This document shows, one piece after another, positions 13,521 through 32,097 of a DNA stretch of 64,000 bases. The stretch is from NCBI RefSeq assembly GCF_009914755.1, contig NC_060933.1; one strand, given 5' to 3'. Both the position numbers and the translations under genes were made by a program. Under the pieces are notes generated by a model. That model was not told where the DNA came from. It saw nothing but the letters and a program-made list of their open reading frames with translations, and searched no databases. The stretch's first letter is position 1. Every line of letters begins with the position of its first letter. Source of the stretch: the human T2T-CHM13v2.0 reference genome, Homo sapiens.

Positions 13521-13598
13521 GCTTTTAATAGGAAACACATGGTTTTCATTTTCTGAACATTTCTCTGTACTTTCAGTTTCTTTTACTGTTTTCATTTG
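13521..13598 (-). promoter_or_regulatory. IFNW1 promoter: TATTAAAA box and virus-responsive element
   Basis: The minus strand reads AAATGAAAACAGTAAAAGAAACTGAAAGT...GAAAATGAAAACC...TATTAAAAGC. GAAACTGAAAGT (13569-13580) is an IRF-E consensus. Confidence 0.85.
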
Positions 13599-14049
13599 TG
13601 TGTTCTCCCTATGACCTTAAGAGGATGACAACAATCTATTAATTTTGCATTAGACTTCAGCTAAACTCCAGTAAACTTCAGCTGTGTCAATACAAATGAA
13701 TGCTTAATCAAATGAAAAACGTCTGGGTACTAAAGTCATAAGTGTATATACTATATGCATGTAAATAATCAGACACACACTACACTAACAATATATATAT
13801 TATATATTTATGTATACACACTATAGTGAATATATGTATATATGTGTATATATAATATATATTCATATATATATGAAAAAAATCATTTTCTCTGTTCTAG
13901 AAGCAAAATTTTAACCCTTATTCTAGCCTCCATTTTTACCCTCCTTACTTTATGTAGGAAGTCAGGCCCTATAGGTTTCTATATTTGCTTCAGGTTTACC
14001 AGATCATCTGCAGCAAATAAGCTCTTTAGAACCAAGAACAGCATTTTGC

Positions 14050-14347
14050 TGTTGTTTGTTTGTTTTTTAGAGATGGGGTCTTAATCCGTCACCCAGGTTG
14101 GAGTGTGGTGGCATGATCAGAGGTCACTGCAGCCTTTAACTCCTGGGCTCAAGCAATCTCTGTGCCTCAGCCCCCTGAGTACCTGGGACAACAGGTGTGC
14201 ACCATCATGCCTGGCTAATTTTTTTGTTGTTGTTGTTGTTAGAGATGAGGTCCCACTATGTTGTTCAGGCTGGTCTCAAACTCCTGGCCTGAAGCTGAGG
14301 CCTCCTGCCTCAGCCTCCCAAGTAGTTGGAATTACAGATATGAGCCA
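14050..14347 (-). mobile_element. AluJ-type SINE
   Basis: Diverged reverse Alu dimer. Confidence 0.9.
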
Positions 14348-14512
14348 AAAACGCAGTTTTGTTTGCTGTTTTATTCACAACAGAGGATGATGATGATTAG
14401 CGAATGAGCTTCTCTGACATTTTTCTTCCTTCTAGAAAACATTCATGCAGGTCCATGTGGTTACGCTTCACTGGGACCACAAGGTGAAGATTAATATAGA
14501 CACTGCTTTTTC

Positions 14513-15094
14513 TTTCCATCATTTGCTTACTGAGGTCAATAGTGCTCCCCTATCTGTCAATATCCCAGCTGGAATCCTGATTCTTTACAAGCGCATATGG
14601 ATGTAGAGATTCTAATTCGCAGATATTTTACTTTCCCAGCGTCTCCTCACACACAAGGTAGTTATCACATCTAGTAATACCTTTTCCTCTAGAGTAACAA
14701 ATACTCTCAACCCAAACTCTTCCAGACTCGCTCCCAGGGAGCAGTCTCACAACATCCTGATAACTTCAGAACTCTTTTGGTGAGAGGGTAGTGGTTACTT
14801 TGTGAGCAAAGCAACTAACCCTCCAAGACCCTTGCCGGTGCCCCTAGAGTGTTTGTCTGGAGGACCCTGGCTCTCAGTGGCGACCTCCTTTCCTCCTGAC
14901 CCATGTGTCCAGGTATCAAAAGTTTCGACAGCCCTCAGGTACTGATAGCAAAGGTTTCTTTTGTCTAAGGAAGGTGGAAGGATTACCCAATTATAATCAT
15001 TTTACCTTCATTAGTCAAATAATTTTCCACCATTTGCTTACTGAGGTCAATAGTGCTCCACTGGCTGTGTCAGTATCCCAGCTCGGAATCCTGA
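14513..15094. repeat. Dispersed direct repeat of about 70 bp (14513-14580 and 15024-15094)
   Basis: catttgcttactgaggtcaatagtgctcc...tatcccagct(c)ggaatcctga is present twice, about 510 bp apart. Confidence 0.9.
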
Positions 15095-15211
15095 CACGGT
15101 TTTTATTGTTCAATTCTTTTACGTAAGCTATTGAACATTTGTTATCCTCAGTGTTTCTCAGGTGGGCACAGGGGATCAATGATGATGTTGTCTTTCATTA
15201 GAAGCTTATAT

Positions 15212-16214
<1,003 letters not shown>

Positions 16215-18227
16215 AGAAGCTTATATTACAGAAACTAGTGGTCTTCAGCTGCTCATCCAGTCATTGCAATTCTAAGGGTTCTTTCCTCCTCTATCTCTGA
16301 CTCACTCTGACAGTGCAGGGAGGTTAGACCCTTGCTTTTCTGTCAGGGAGAAAGAGCCTTCCTTAATTTACTTATTTGTGATTGTTTTATTTTAAAATTT
16401 TGTACCTTATTTTTACATAGTGGTTTACTGGGTAAGGTTTGTCTTGCTGCTTCTGCATTACATTCCAGTTTATGACAAAATAACACAAATTAAAGGAAGT
16501 AAAAGAAAGGCAAAGGAACCATGCTATTTTGATCTATAATTTACATGAATTCAGATTTTTTTCTTTTTCATTTCAGCTTTCTTAGAAAGCAAAACTTGAT
16601 AGTTGTTTTGGGGCAAGAAAGAAAACAGAAAATATAAGTCTGAATGTCATGAAAGTGAAAGAAGGGAAGTGGCTTTCTGCTCATAAAATGGCCAAGTATA
16701 AGTTAGCAAAATAAAATGCAGCAAAATCGATGACTAGGGGTTCTGGCAGAGGGGAAGAATGAGCCCAATGTTGAGGTACACAAAGGCAGGGAAATGGCTG
16801 TTTCTGCTAGAGGCACAGAGAAGGCCAAGTCCTGGGTCAATGAATTGCTCTTAGCTTTGCAAGACCAGACATTTGCTCTTTTTTCATTTAATATACATAG
16901 GATCAGTTCTGAGGAAGGAAGGGAGGCATCATGCCAACTGGCTCACAAGAGATTGTCAACCAGTCCCCAATTACTAGAACAAGCAGCCTCCTCTGGCAGG
17001 ATAATAGATATTAGCCTTGCCTGAGCACTCTACCAAGTTAATAAATCTACCTAGGCAAGGAAAAGAGTGCTTTGAGAAACTCAGTGTAAAAAATAAAGAG
17101 AACTGGATAATCGCAAAGATTCCGCTCTTTATCTGGATAATGATGATGACGATGATACTAAAAATGATAACATTGGAATTTGTTGCATGTTGACTAAGAC
17201 CAGCCTCTGTTCAAAGATATTTGAAAAGATTAACTCAATCTTTTCAATAACCATATTTAGATTCCACTCATTTATACAACTTTCTGGAGAGAAATATGTA
17301 TCTGGAGAGATGAGCTATTCCGAAAACACCAGTGATTTAAGGTCAAACCTTTAGGGGGAGTCAATATAGTGGCTTATCTGGAAGACTCTATCAATGGAAG
17401 TGGAGGGTGGATATGAGTAGAGAATTTATAAACCAAGGAGAGGCCAGGGCATGAAGTCAGGTGAGCAGGACGGGTGAGATGACAAGGGATTCAGAGTTCC
17501 ACGTCACATGCCAATGTGTTGCCATCTATTACTTTGTAGACAGAGCAACGGGGGTATGTTGTGAGTAAGTTGAACTAATTTTAAGTCCTAAGTAAAAGTA
17601 GACCTTTTAAATAGTTAAAAGTGAGTAGATTTTTCTGCCAATTGTAAAAAAGGGCCAAGATTTAATGAGTAATTTATTCACTGAAATACAGTAAAACCTT
17701 TATTGACTCATCAACTGCAAACACTTAGAAGCCTTTTTACATTTGACTCTTGAGATTTTCTTTTGTCATTTTAAGAATAAACAGGAAGCACCTAACAATT
17801 TTTAGTCTAACAATAGCCCAGCCATATGGGCTCTGAGTTTCTCCCTGAGGATGTCATTGATTCTCCAGGACACTTCCTTCAGGTCAGCCTGCTGTTTTTA
17901 TTCCTGAAAGGGACAACTCACCTCCAGGCCAGACTTTATTTTGTCTACTGATAGATTCCAATTAGGAATTTCTTCTCCTCCTAATCTTACCAGACAATGG
18001 TTGAGTGTCCAGTGCCAAAAAGAACCTATTGTATGAGCCAGAGGGCAGACTATATGTACTTTCTATGAAGCAGTGAAGGGATACTTACCAGGGATAATCT
18101 TGTTTTAACCCCAAACTCCACCACAGTACTTAGTATAGATGTCTTTATTTTTCTAACCTCATCATATTTAAAAAATCCTAAAATACAATGACAGGATTGA
18201 AAGAAACTTGTCAAAAAAATCACCATT

Positions 18228-18510
<283 letters not shown>

Positions 18511-18539
18511 TCACCATTAATGGATAAAATGATCAAGGC

Positions 18540-21500
18540 ATTTTTTGGAATAGTTTCAATAGGATTGGTATCCATTCTTCTTTTTTTGTCCAGTAGAATT
18601 TGGCTGTGAATCCATCTGATGCAGGGCTTTTTATTGTTGGTAAGTTTTTTCTTTGTTTGTTTGTTTGTTTTTTAGTATTGATTCAATTTCACGACTTATT
18701 ATGGGTATGTTCGAGTATTCAATTTCTTCTTGATTCAATCTTTGGAGGTTAAATGTTTCCAGGAATGTATCCATTTATTCTAGGTTTTCTAGTTTGTGTT
18801 CATAGAAGTGTTCAAAACAGTCTCTGAAGTTTTTTGTATTTCTGTGAGGTTGGTGTAACATCACTTTTGTCATATCTGTGTTTATTTGGATCTTCTCTCT
18901 TTTTCTCTTCATTAATTTAGCTAGCAGTATGTCAACCTTATTTATTCTTTCAAAAATCAAACCTTTGTTTTCGTTTCTTTTTTGTATAGATTTTCACATC
19001 TCAATTTCTTTCAGTTGAACTCTGATTTTGGTTATTTCTTTTCTTCTGCAAGCTTTGGAGTTGTTCTACTCTTGTTTTCCTAGTTCTTTTTGGTGTGATG
19101 TTAGCTTGCTAATTTGGGATCTTTCTGACTTTTTGATGTAGCCATTTAATGCTATTAATTTTACTCCTAATACTGATTTAGCTGTGCCCCAGAGATTCTG
19201 AAGGGTTGTATCTTTGTTTTCATTAGTTTCCAAGAATTTCTTGATTTTTGCCTTAATTTCTTTGTTTACCTGAAAGTCATCCAGGAATAGGCTGTCTCAT
19301 TTCCATGTAGTTACATGGTTCTGAGAGAGCTTCTTGGTATTAATTTCAATTATTATTGCACCATGGTCCAGGAGTGTGCTTGGTATGATTTTTTTTTTAT
19401 TTTGTTGAGAATTGCTTTATGGACAAGCACATGGTTGACCTTAGAGTATGCACTATGTGCAGACGAGAATGTGTACTCTGCTGTTGTTGGGTGGAGTGTT
19501 CTGTAGATATCTGTTAGGTACATTTGATCAAGTGTTGCATTTAGGTCTCAAATATATTTGTTAGTTTTCTGCCTTGTTGATCTGTCTAACACTGTCAGTG
19601 GGGTTTGGAAGTCTTTTGCTATTATTGTGTAGTTATCTAAGTCTCTTTGTAGGTCTCTAAAAACTTATGAATCTGGGCACTCTAGTTTTGGGTGCATATA
19701 TATTTAGGGTAGTAAGTCTTCTTGTTAAATCGAGCTCTTTATGTAATGCCATTTTTTGTTCTTGTTGATTATACTGGTTTAATGTCTGTTTTATTTGAAA
19801 TAAGAATAATAACCCCTACTCTCTTTTTTTTTCTGTTTGTTTGATAGATCTTTCTCCATCTCTTTACTTTGAATCTGTGGATATCATTGCATGTGAGATG
19901 GGTTTCTTGATGACAGCATACATTTGGATATTGCTTCTTTATCCATCTTGCTACTCGGTCTTTTAAATGGGGGCATTTAACCCATTTACATTCAAGGTTA
20001 ATATTGACATGTGAGGATTTGATCCTGTCATTGTGTTGTTAGCCTGCTGTTATATAGAGTTGGGCTGCAGTTGGTTTATAGTGTCAGTGGGCTAGGTACT
20101 TAAGTGTGTTTTTGTGGTGGCTGGTAATAGTCTTTCATTTCCATGTTAAATACTTCCTTAAGGACCTCTTGTAAGGAAGGTCTGGTGGTAACAAATTTCT
20201 TTAGCATTTGTTTATCTGAAAAGGATTTTATTTCTCCTTTGCTAAGGAAGCTTAGTTTGGCTGGATATAAAATTCTTGGTTGGAATTTCTTTTCTTTAAG
20301 GATGCTGAATATAGGCCCGCAATCTCTTCTGGCTTGTAAGGTTTCTGCTGAAAGGTATGTTGTTAGCCTGATGGGGTTCCCTTTATAGGTGACCTGCCCC
20401 TCCTCTCTAGCTTTCTTCAATATTTTTTCTTCCATGTTAATGTCAAAGAATCTGATGAGTATGTGTCTTTGGTATGTTAATTTTGTATAGTTTCTTGCTG
20501 GGGTTCTCTGAATTTCCTCAATTTGTATGTCAACTTCTTTAGAAAGGTTGGGGAAGCTCTGAGTCTTCAAGCTCTGAGATTCCTTCCTCAGCTTAGTCTA
20601 TTCTGCTGTTAATACTTCTGATTGTGTTATATAATTCTTGTAAGAGTTTTTCAGCTTTAGAAGATCAGCTGTTTCTTTTTTGAAGTGGCTATTTCATCTT
20701 TCAGCTCTTGTATTATTTTATTGGATTCTTTATATTCCTTGGATTGGATTTCAACTTTCTATTGAATATCAATGGTCTTCATTTCCATACAGATTCTGAA
20801 TTCTATGTCTGTCATTCTAGCCATCAATTAAGAACCACTGCTGGGAAGCTAGTGTGGTCATTTGGAGGTAAGAAGACACTCTGGTTTCCAGAAGTGCCTG
20901 CGTTCTTGTGCTGATTCTTTCTCATCTGTATAGGTTGATATTCCTTTAATCTTTGAAGCTGCTGTCCTTTGGGTGGGGTTTTAAAATTTTACATTCTTTG
21001 AAGCCCTTGAGAGTTTGACTATGGTATAAGTTGGGTTTAGTTGATTGGTTTCATTTCTGGATGATTTCAGGGGTACAAGTTTCAGCTCAGCACTCCTGAA
21101 CTTCATGTTTTAATGCTGGGGTGTGGGGGTACTGGGATCAGGACTATGGCTTTTTTTCTGTGGTCCCTCAAGGTTAAGCATTTGATATGCTGGAGGGGCC
21201 AAGGTGTTCCTTGTATGCTGGCAACAGCACTCCAATGAGGGGTGCTGCCAGAAATACTTCATAGGGGAGGTGGTGGGCAGCAGGGGCCCCCATGTATGAC
21301 ATGCTGGAAAAGCAGCAGGGAAAGTCTACAGTGAGTGAGCCCTGGTTGGGGAGGGCTGTGGGTGGGTGCTTGCCAGCAGGGGCCCACTTGCAGTTCTCTG
21401 ACTATTAGGTAGGGTCTGTTGGTGAAAGAACTAAGGCAGTGCCCACTGGCAAGTGCCTCGGCTTGGCAGCAGAGGCCATGCTGAAAGTGGGTGTAGACAG

Positions 21501-22070
21501 GCAGTGTCCCTGGGATAGGCTGGCAGAGCGTGGGGTGCTCATATTGGACTGGCCCATCCCATGGGAAAGATAGCCCTGTTCCATTCAGGTCCAGCAGCCA
21601 AAAAAGGCTAAAGCCACCTAGAGGAGCATGTGAGCCTTGGGGAATGAGCTGTGCTCCATTGCACCTCTTCCTACACAAACCCTCGGCTCCACGCAGGCTG
21701 GAGTTCTGTCTTTTTCAACTCTCCAGGTAGCTATCCCTGCCATCTCAAATGTCTGTGGGGGTTATGGGGTCTCCTGAAGCTAGGGTTCCAGAGGTCTGTG
21801 ACAAGAATGGCTCACTGTATGCCTATTTTACTCACCCCTTCCCCAGAAGCTGCTCCAAGTCAGGAATGAGTCCTGGAGCTTGGCAACCTCATGCAGGGTT
21901 CCCAACTCCCTCCCCTTTCAGCCCTGGGTCTGCATCATCCCTCCGTCCACTCTTCATGCCTTCTTTCCAAAGATCTGTTTAAAATGTGCCAGTCTACTTG
22001 ATGATCTGGTCTTTCTTGGTGAGAGAAGTTCTTCCTGGCTGTATCTAGTTGGCCATCTTGGTTCTCTCTC
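18540..22070 (-). mobile_element. Older primate L1 5' portion (5'UTR, ORF1, ORF2 endonuclease start), 3'-truncated
   Basis: Its 5' end reads CCAAGATGGCCAACTAG on the minus strand near 22050. ORF 20100-20570 is the ORF1 C-terminus (YKGNPIRLT...ILYPAKLSF), and ORF 18775-18960 is ORF2-like. Confidence 0.9.
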
Positions 22071-24460
<2,390 letters not shown>

Positions 24461-24884
24461 TTTATTAAACTAAGTTTAGCCTGAGTGAGCTTCTGTACTC
24501 ACGTAGTTCTTACGTAATGAATTGTAATGTAACTTAGTACCTAAATAATCTGAAAGCCTAATTTGGAGTATACTTCTGTAATGAATAGCTGAGTCCCAGC
24601 CAATCATCACACTTGTGCTTCATTCAATCACAGGTGGCTGCTTATTCAAACCATGTTCAAATAAGGCTAATGCCAAGCTATAACCAATCTAGCTCTTTAT
24701 ATACCTCACTTCTTTTTTTCTGTATATCACTTTCCTTTTTCTGTTGATAAATGTAATCCAATCATGGGGCAGCCTCAAAGTTTCTCTGAACATGTTCTGC
24801 TCTGAGAGCTGCCCCATTTGCAAATCAGTTTTTGCTCAATTAAACTCTGCAAAATGTAATTTGTGTAAATTTTTTCTTTTAACT
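24461..24884 (+). mobile_element. MER57-like 3' LTR
   Basis: Starts ttattaaactaagtttagcc and ends tttgctcaattaaactctg...tttttcttttaac. It follows a purine tract and contains several CCAAT boxes. Confidence 0.8.
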
Positions 24885-25649
24885 CTGGATATAATTGGGA
24901 TATAATTACAGAGTTTTTCAGGGTAAGGTGAGAATGCAGAGCGAAATCATGCAATGTTTGCCCACCGAACATAAAATGACAAACAACAAAAAAGTAAAAT
25001 TACATTAGAGAAATAAGCAGCATAAAGAAATAACCAAAGAATTGAAGGGGTCATAATATTTGAAAGGTGTTAAACAATGAGAGAGAGAGAGACAGAGACT
25101 CACCCAGGTGAATCCAGAAATATATTTTTTGTTGCGTGCTCCTGAACTGAGCCCCTATAAACAGTGGACAAAGAAAGAAAGGCAAGGATAAAAATATTGT
25201 CAAATATTATAACTTTGAGTTTCCCAACTCATCCCTTCTCCCATCTAGCAAGAAGAAATCTAAACATTGGGTTTGTAATGTGAGCAAACATTTGGAAGAT
25301 TCCTCCTCCATTGAAGCCCCTTCCTGCTAGCTGAGCAATTCACACAAACTTCCTGATTAACTTCTTCAATTACAACATTGCACAAACTTATGCTTCCTAA
25401 ATTTTACCCAATGGACCACATGCTTTCATTTGGCAATTATTGTATTCTCTGAAATTCCTTCACTTATGTCTTGCTGTATCTTACTACTACTGGACGGGAT
25501 ACAAGTCTGTCAAAATTCAAACAACAATGAGAATTTCTCCTAACTACAAAGTCAAGTGACATGATCTAATAGGAGTGAATTTGTAAATTAGCAAGGTATT
25601 TTTTTAAAAAGAATTAATGTAATATCAAACAAGAGGTTTTTCTTTATTT

Positions 25650-26450
25650 TCCTTGCAGTTCTATACCTAGATGGGCAGGCTGTACTTATTCCTAGTGTAG
25701 CTCAATACGTGGAGGGAGGGATGAGTCAGGAGGCCCTGGAAGCCTGAGCAGGCTGGAGGCAAGGGACACATCCTGACCCTTTCTGTCTCCACATAGCTGC
25801 CCATTGCCCAAAAAAGAGGACGGGTCCTGCTTGAAGCTGGCATTATTTCCCCTCTGTAAGACACAAAGCTAAGGAAATGAACTTTCAGAATTGAGGTCAG
25901 TTCTTTTCAGGAAAGAGCTCATTTTAGCTCTGTAGAAAAATCTTCTGCCAGGGAACAGGATTGTGTGTAGAAGAGAAGGCTGCTCGCCAGACTTGGCTGC
26001 TGTTTCTGTCAGTCACGATCAGTAGGTGGCTCTCTTCCTCTGTAAATCTTTTGATAACCCCCAGGGTAAAATGGATCCTGCCCTCTGTTTCCTTTTTGCT
26101 GCAACTACTATTACATCATTGTAACAGTAATATTCCCTTAATTCCAAAAATATTTACCAGGAGAGAAAAAGGCCTCTCATACGTGAGTTTCTGAAAAACC
26201 AAAAATTTGCACTCAACTATTGCTTTCAATTGGTAATTGTGTACACTTTAGGGGGAAATTGACAGCCAGAAACCACAATGGAAGAGAAAGCAGCTATATG
26301 ACTGGGCAGTGCAGGTTAATGAGGAGTGAATGTAGAGGGCACACTGAAGATTTCTACACTGGAGAGGGAGGAAACTATTATGATATGGGAATGAAAGAAT
26401 GGGAAAGAGGGAGGAAAGAAAACTGGCAGGCAACAGAATTAGCAAATGAA

Positions 26451-26491
<41 letters not shown>

Positions 26492-27310
26492 CACACAAAT
26501 GTGTATAGGCATTTATATACACACATATATACACATATCTGTATATATTATGTATTACCTACTATATATTATATGTATTATGTACTATATATTATATACT
26601 CTGTAATATATTGTTAAAATATATATTATTATAATATATATTGAAATAAGTTATACATAATATAATAATATATAATATATATACACTTTTAACTTCAGTT
26701 TAGGAGACTAATCCATGCACCAGATACTTACAAACCATCAATTTTTGATTAAATATTAATCACATATCTTCAGTGTCAAATGGTATCTAATTTTGAGTCT
26801 TCTTCAGAACTCCCATTTCTCTTTTTTCAGACTGTCAGCATTTTGCAGCCGCTTACAGACAGTGGAATAGGAGAGTTGACTATTCTTATATAGATCTGTA
26901 TGAATCAATAAGAAAATAGTCACCATCTCTTAAGCACTCTGGAAGATACTCTGCTAAGTGCTTTAAAATGTTTTAGTTTTTCTGATACAGAAACTCCAGG
27001 AATATTTCCATCTTATTTTACATTTGTGAAAACTGAGGCTCAGAGGGGTTAATTGAATTACCCAGGATCACAGATGTGTCCTGGCTGAATCTAGATTCAA
27101 TGCAGAATTCTATATTGCGTAAGTAATTACTTAAATTTTATAGTTTGAAATTCTGATACATTTTAATCCCCAAATTATACACTCTTGCTCATTAGCCATC
27201 TTTCATTCATGGATGCTGTTGTATATTTAAACTGATTTTCACCCTATATTGCTCTTTAATTTTGATACTGGGGAAGAGAAATATTCTGATCCAGTTTCAC
27301 TTTTCCATCT
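25650..27310 (+). repeat. Paralogous intergenic block, copy 1 (copy 2 at about 54748-57345)
   Basis: ccttgcagttctatacctagatgggcaggctg... aligns with ccttgaagttctacacccagattgaccagctg..., and similarity continues for about 1.6 kb. Confidence 0.85.
26450..26682. repeat. (TG)n microsatellite followed by a (TA)-rich low-complexity tract
   Basis: Directly visible. Confidence 0.95.
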
Positions 27311-27474
27311 TATAAAGGAACTGTCCCAGATTGTTATGTTCATTGTAAATTGATTATTTGTGAATCCCTAAGAGTTAACAATTTTTATGAAATCATTGTT
27401 CTACTTATAGATCAAGTCTTAATTTAGTCAGAAAGAAAGGAAGTGATAGAGAAGAATAATGAGAATAATAAATA

Positions 27475-27790
<316 letters not shown>

Positions 27791-29706
27791 AGGCATGTTT
27801 TTAAATAACAGTAAAAACAATGTGATAAAAAGAAACCTAGGTAACCAGATTATTAAAACACATGATTCCTAAAAAATATTATATTATAGTGGTAATTAAA
27901 TTTAGGAGAAAGAACTTATCTGATATTAAAATGGTAAAAGTGATATTCAATAAAATGGCTCTAGGGTGATCGTGATTACTAAAAATCAATGCAAAGTCTC
28001 CTGTCAAGTGATAGATGAAAATATGATCTTGATGGAATACAGGACAGACATAAGATTAGATTTTTTGAAAGAGAATTTGTACAGTACAAGTTTTATTAAC
28101 TATTTATTATGAAGGCTTGAGCTTATCCTACTACCTTAACAATGACATAACTGACAAAAAAATATATGCAGCATAATTTTACAGAAATTGGATGACAGAC
28201 AGCTCTGGAATGTGACCCTAATGCAAACAAAAAAACAAACAAACAAAAATCTTGTGTTTCACAATTAACCTACTCTCCTCCTGGAGGTTTAGTGAAGAAA
28301 AGAAATAGAAGATATAAATAAAAATCAATATTAACTTTTTGAGATGAAAAATGCAGTACTTTAAATGAGATAATTAAGTGTAGAGGTAAAGCTCAGTTAC
28401 TTTAAAGGCATAGCAGTAGAATCTGTCAAAAAGGAGGCATGGAATGAAATGAACCTCTGATACTTGGAGTACCAGAAGAAGGAAGAGGAGAGTTAATGAA
28501 AATATTTGAAGAAATAATATCTGGTGATTTTCTGAATTAGATTAAAACAAAACAAAAAAATTTATGAATTCAAGAAGCTCAATAAATTTCAGGCAGCATA
28601 AACATGAATATATATTTAAAACCACAACAAAACACATCATTATAAAATTTCTGAGAACAAGTGATAAAAATCTTAAAAGCAGTTACCAATAAAAAACACA
28701 TTACATATAAAGAAAGATAAGAATGCTTTCAAACATCTCATTAAATAGCATGCAAGGTAGATGCCAATTAAATGGCATGTTTAAAAGTTGAAAGGAAAAA
28801 ATAACACCAAACTTGTTAACCTGGAATGTTATATCCAGCAAATATATACTTCAAAAATGAAAGTAAAATTAAGACTTTTTCAGGGAAATGGAAATTGAGA
28901 GAATTATCACTACCAGAACTATACTACAAATATTGTTTTAAAATGTTCTTCAAGCAGAGATGAAATTATATCAGATGAAAGCTTGGAGCTACACAAAATA
29001 ATGTATGAGATTGTTTAATAAAAATAAAAAATTTATTCAGTGATACAAAACACATGTAGCATAATAAATACAGCACAATAGCTCAATGTCTAGGTAGTGT
29101 ATGATAATTTAAAATATGTGATGAACGCTACAGAAAAACTAAAAACAAAACAGACTAGAAGAATAGCTGATAAAATGATAGTGGAGATGAGGGAATTATT
29201 AAAACGGTAAACTAATTTAGGAGAAGGCAAGAAATTAGGAAAGAAAGGAACAAGGACCACAGGAAGAAATAAAATAAGCAAGATGGGAAACATACACCCA
29301 AACATATGCATAATTAGATTAAATTTTTATTGTCTAAACTTTCCACTAAAAAAGTAGAGATTGCTATACTGGGAAGACAAAAGCAAAACAAAAACCAAAA
29401 ACCAAGCAAACAAAAATAAGACTCAAACAAAAAGATCCAACTTTATATATAAAAACACAGGTTACAATTAAAGATGGAAAAATTATACCATGAACACACT
29501 ACTCATTAGAAAGCAGAAATGACTATATTTTGTTATACATAGTAAAATGGTTACTGTATATAATGTGTTCTTCTACAGACTTCTTTTGGACACTAATATA
29601 GATCATATGCTGGGTTATAAACAAGTTTCTGTATAATGAAAAGAATTAAAATGATAGAGTATGCTGTTTAATTTCAAGCGAAACAAACCTAGAAAACAGT
29701 AGCATA

Positions 29707-30082
<376 letters not shown>

Positions 30083-30261
30083 TCAAAGAAGAAATGTCAA
30101 AAGATATGAGAAAATATTTTGAAACGAACAAAAAATACAACATATCAAAATTTGTGAGACACAGCTAAAACACGGTTAAAGTATAATTTAAGTCTTTAAA
30201 TGCTTATTTTAGAAGAGAAGTCCAAAATCAACATTCTGCATTTTCCACCTTAACAACTAGA

Positions 30262-30570
<309 letters not shown>

Positions 30571-30789
30571 CAAAAAACAAATTAGAATTAGAAGAAATTA
30601 AACAAAAATTATATAGAAAACATATAGAAGAAACAATAAAGGGAAGAGTGAAAAATCAAGGAAATAGAAAAACTGTAAAGCAAATTTAAGAAAACAAAAG
30701 CTTTTTGTTGTTGTTGTTGTTTTAAATTAGGACTCTAGCAGGACCCATCTAGGTAAAAATAGAGGAAACAACTTACCACACTTTTATAA

Positions 30790-31890
30790 TTATTCATCCT
30801 TGAACCTACTCCAGTCTGGTTTCTGCCTCATCAAGTCTGCCATGCCACATCTTACTAAAGTCACCAATGGCATCTAGGTTTTCATATCCACTGAGATAGT
30901 TTAGTCCTAACCTTTCCTAAGTGCATCATTCAATTTTTAAACCCTTTATTTTATTTTTCAATACTTTCTGATGATAATTCTCTCCTGATTGTCTCCTAAC
31001 TGTACTCACCACTCCATTTCTGCACGCTTTGCTCTTCTCTTCCCTAATCTTGTAAATTGACGATCTTCCTAAGATTTAGGTCATCTTCTCATTCTACACT
31101 GTACTTATAAGTAAACACATACATTACCATGCCCAGATTCCTACAAATCATGTCCAGCTTATATACTGTTGAAGATTCCAAACCCACATATGAATTTACC
31201 AATAGGACATAAACATATACATTGCAATGACCAGATTCCTGCAAATTATGTCCAGCTTATACATTGTTGAAGATTCCAAATCCACATATGAATTTACCAA
31301 TGGGGCATCTGTTTTTAGATGTTTCAGAGGAACTTTATGGAGTACACCTGTTTGTTTCCTTTCTTGTTATCCCTTTTTCAAGCTTCTGATGAGAGAATCC
31401 TTTGTCCTCGACATCTCATGAAAACATAATTGAAATGTATTAACCATGATTACTATTTTTTTCTTTCTCTAAAATGGAAAGTTATGAGAGGATGTTTTAC
31501 ATTTGCTTTATTTACCTATATATTTCCAGAAAAATTGCATAATATGGCATAGAAGTATGCCATTTTAAAACATAATCTGATTGAAATAAGTGAATGAGGG
31601 AGTTGAATTCAATAATCTAGCTTGCAAATTTAGATTATTTCCTTTTTTTTTTAAGAAGAAACATACCCAAGAAATCTTTTGGGGAAGAATGTAATAAATA
31701 TTTTAAAAAGTAAATAAATGTAAAAAATGAATAGAATATAATTGGACACAAGGTAAAGGTGAACATATTTCATTATATTTTAATATATTATAAAGATGAA
31801 CAAGCTATATGACAAGAACTACTTTAAATATCATAAATAATATATCTTAGATAAAGCATATGAGTGAATATAGAAATGCATTAGAGCCCT
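30790..31890 (-). other. Relic IFN-type 3' flank (L2 relic plus AT-rich 3'UTR-like segment) without a CDS
   Basis: Colinear similarity to IFNW1 11570-12600, e.g. aagcttctgatgagagaatcc vs aagcttctagtatgagaacatc, and gtaaaggtgaacatatttc vs ggaaagctgaacatgtttt. Confidence 0.65.
31112..31308. repeat. Two-copy tandem duplication, about 98 bp unit
   Basis: ccagattcct(a/g)caaat(c/t)atgtccagcttata...cacatatgaatttaccaat occurs twice. Confidence 0.9.
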
Positions 31891-32097
31891 TAGCTTATTA
31901 ATCATTGTTATTTAAAATTTGTTTTGATAATTTCAAAATCTCTGTCATATCTGGACTTAGTTCTGATGCTTACTCTATCTTTTCAAACTATGTGTTTCAT
32001 CTTTTAGCGTACCTTGTTAATTTTTTGCTGAAAGGTGGACATGATGGATTGAGTAAAAGGAGCTGAGGAAAATTGACCCTTAATGTGAGGGTATTTT

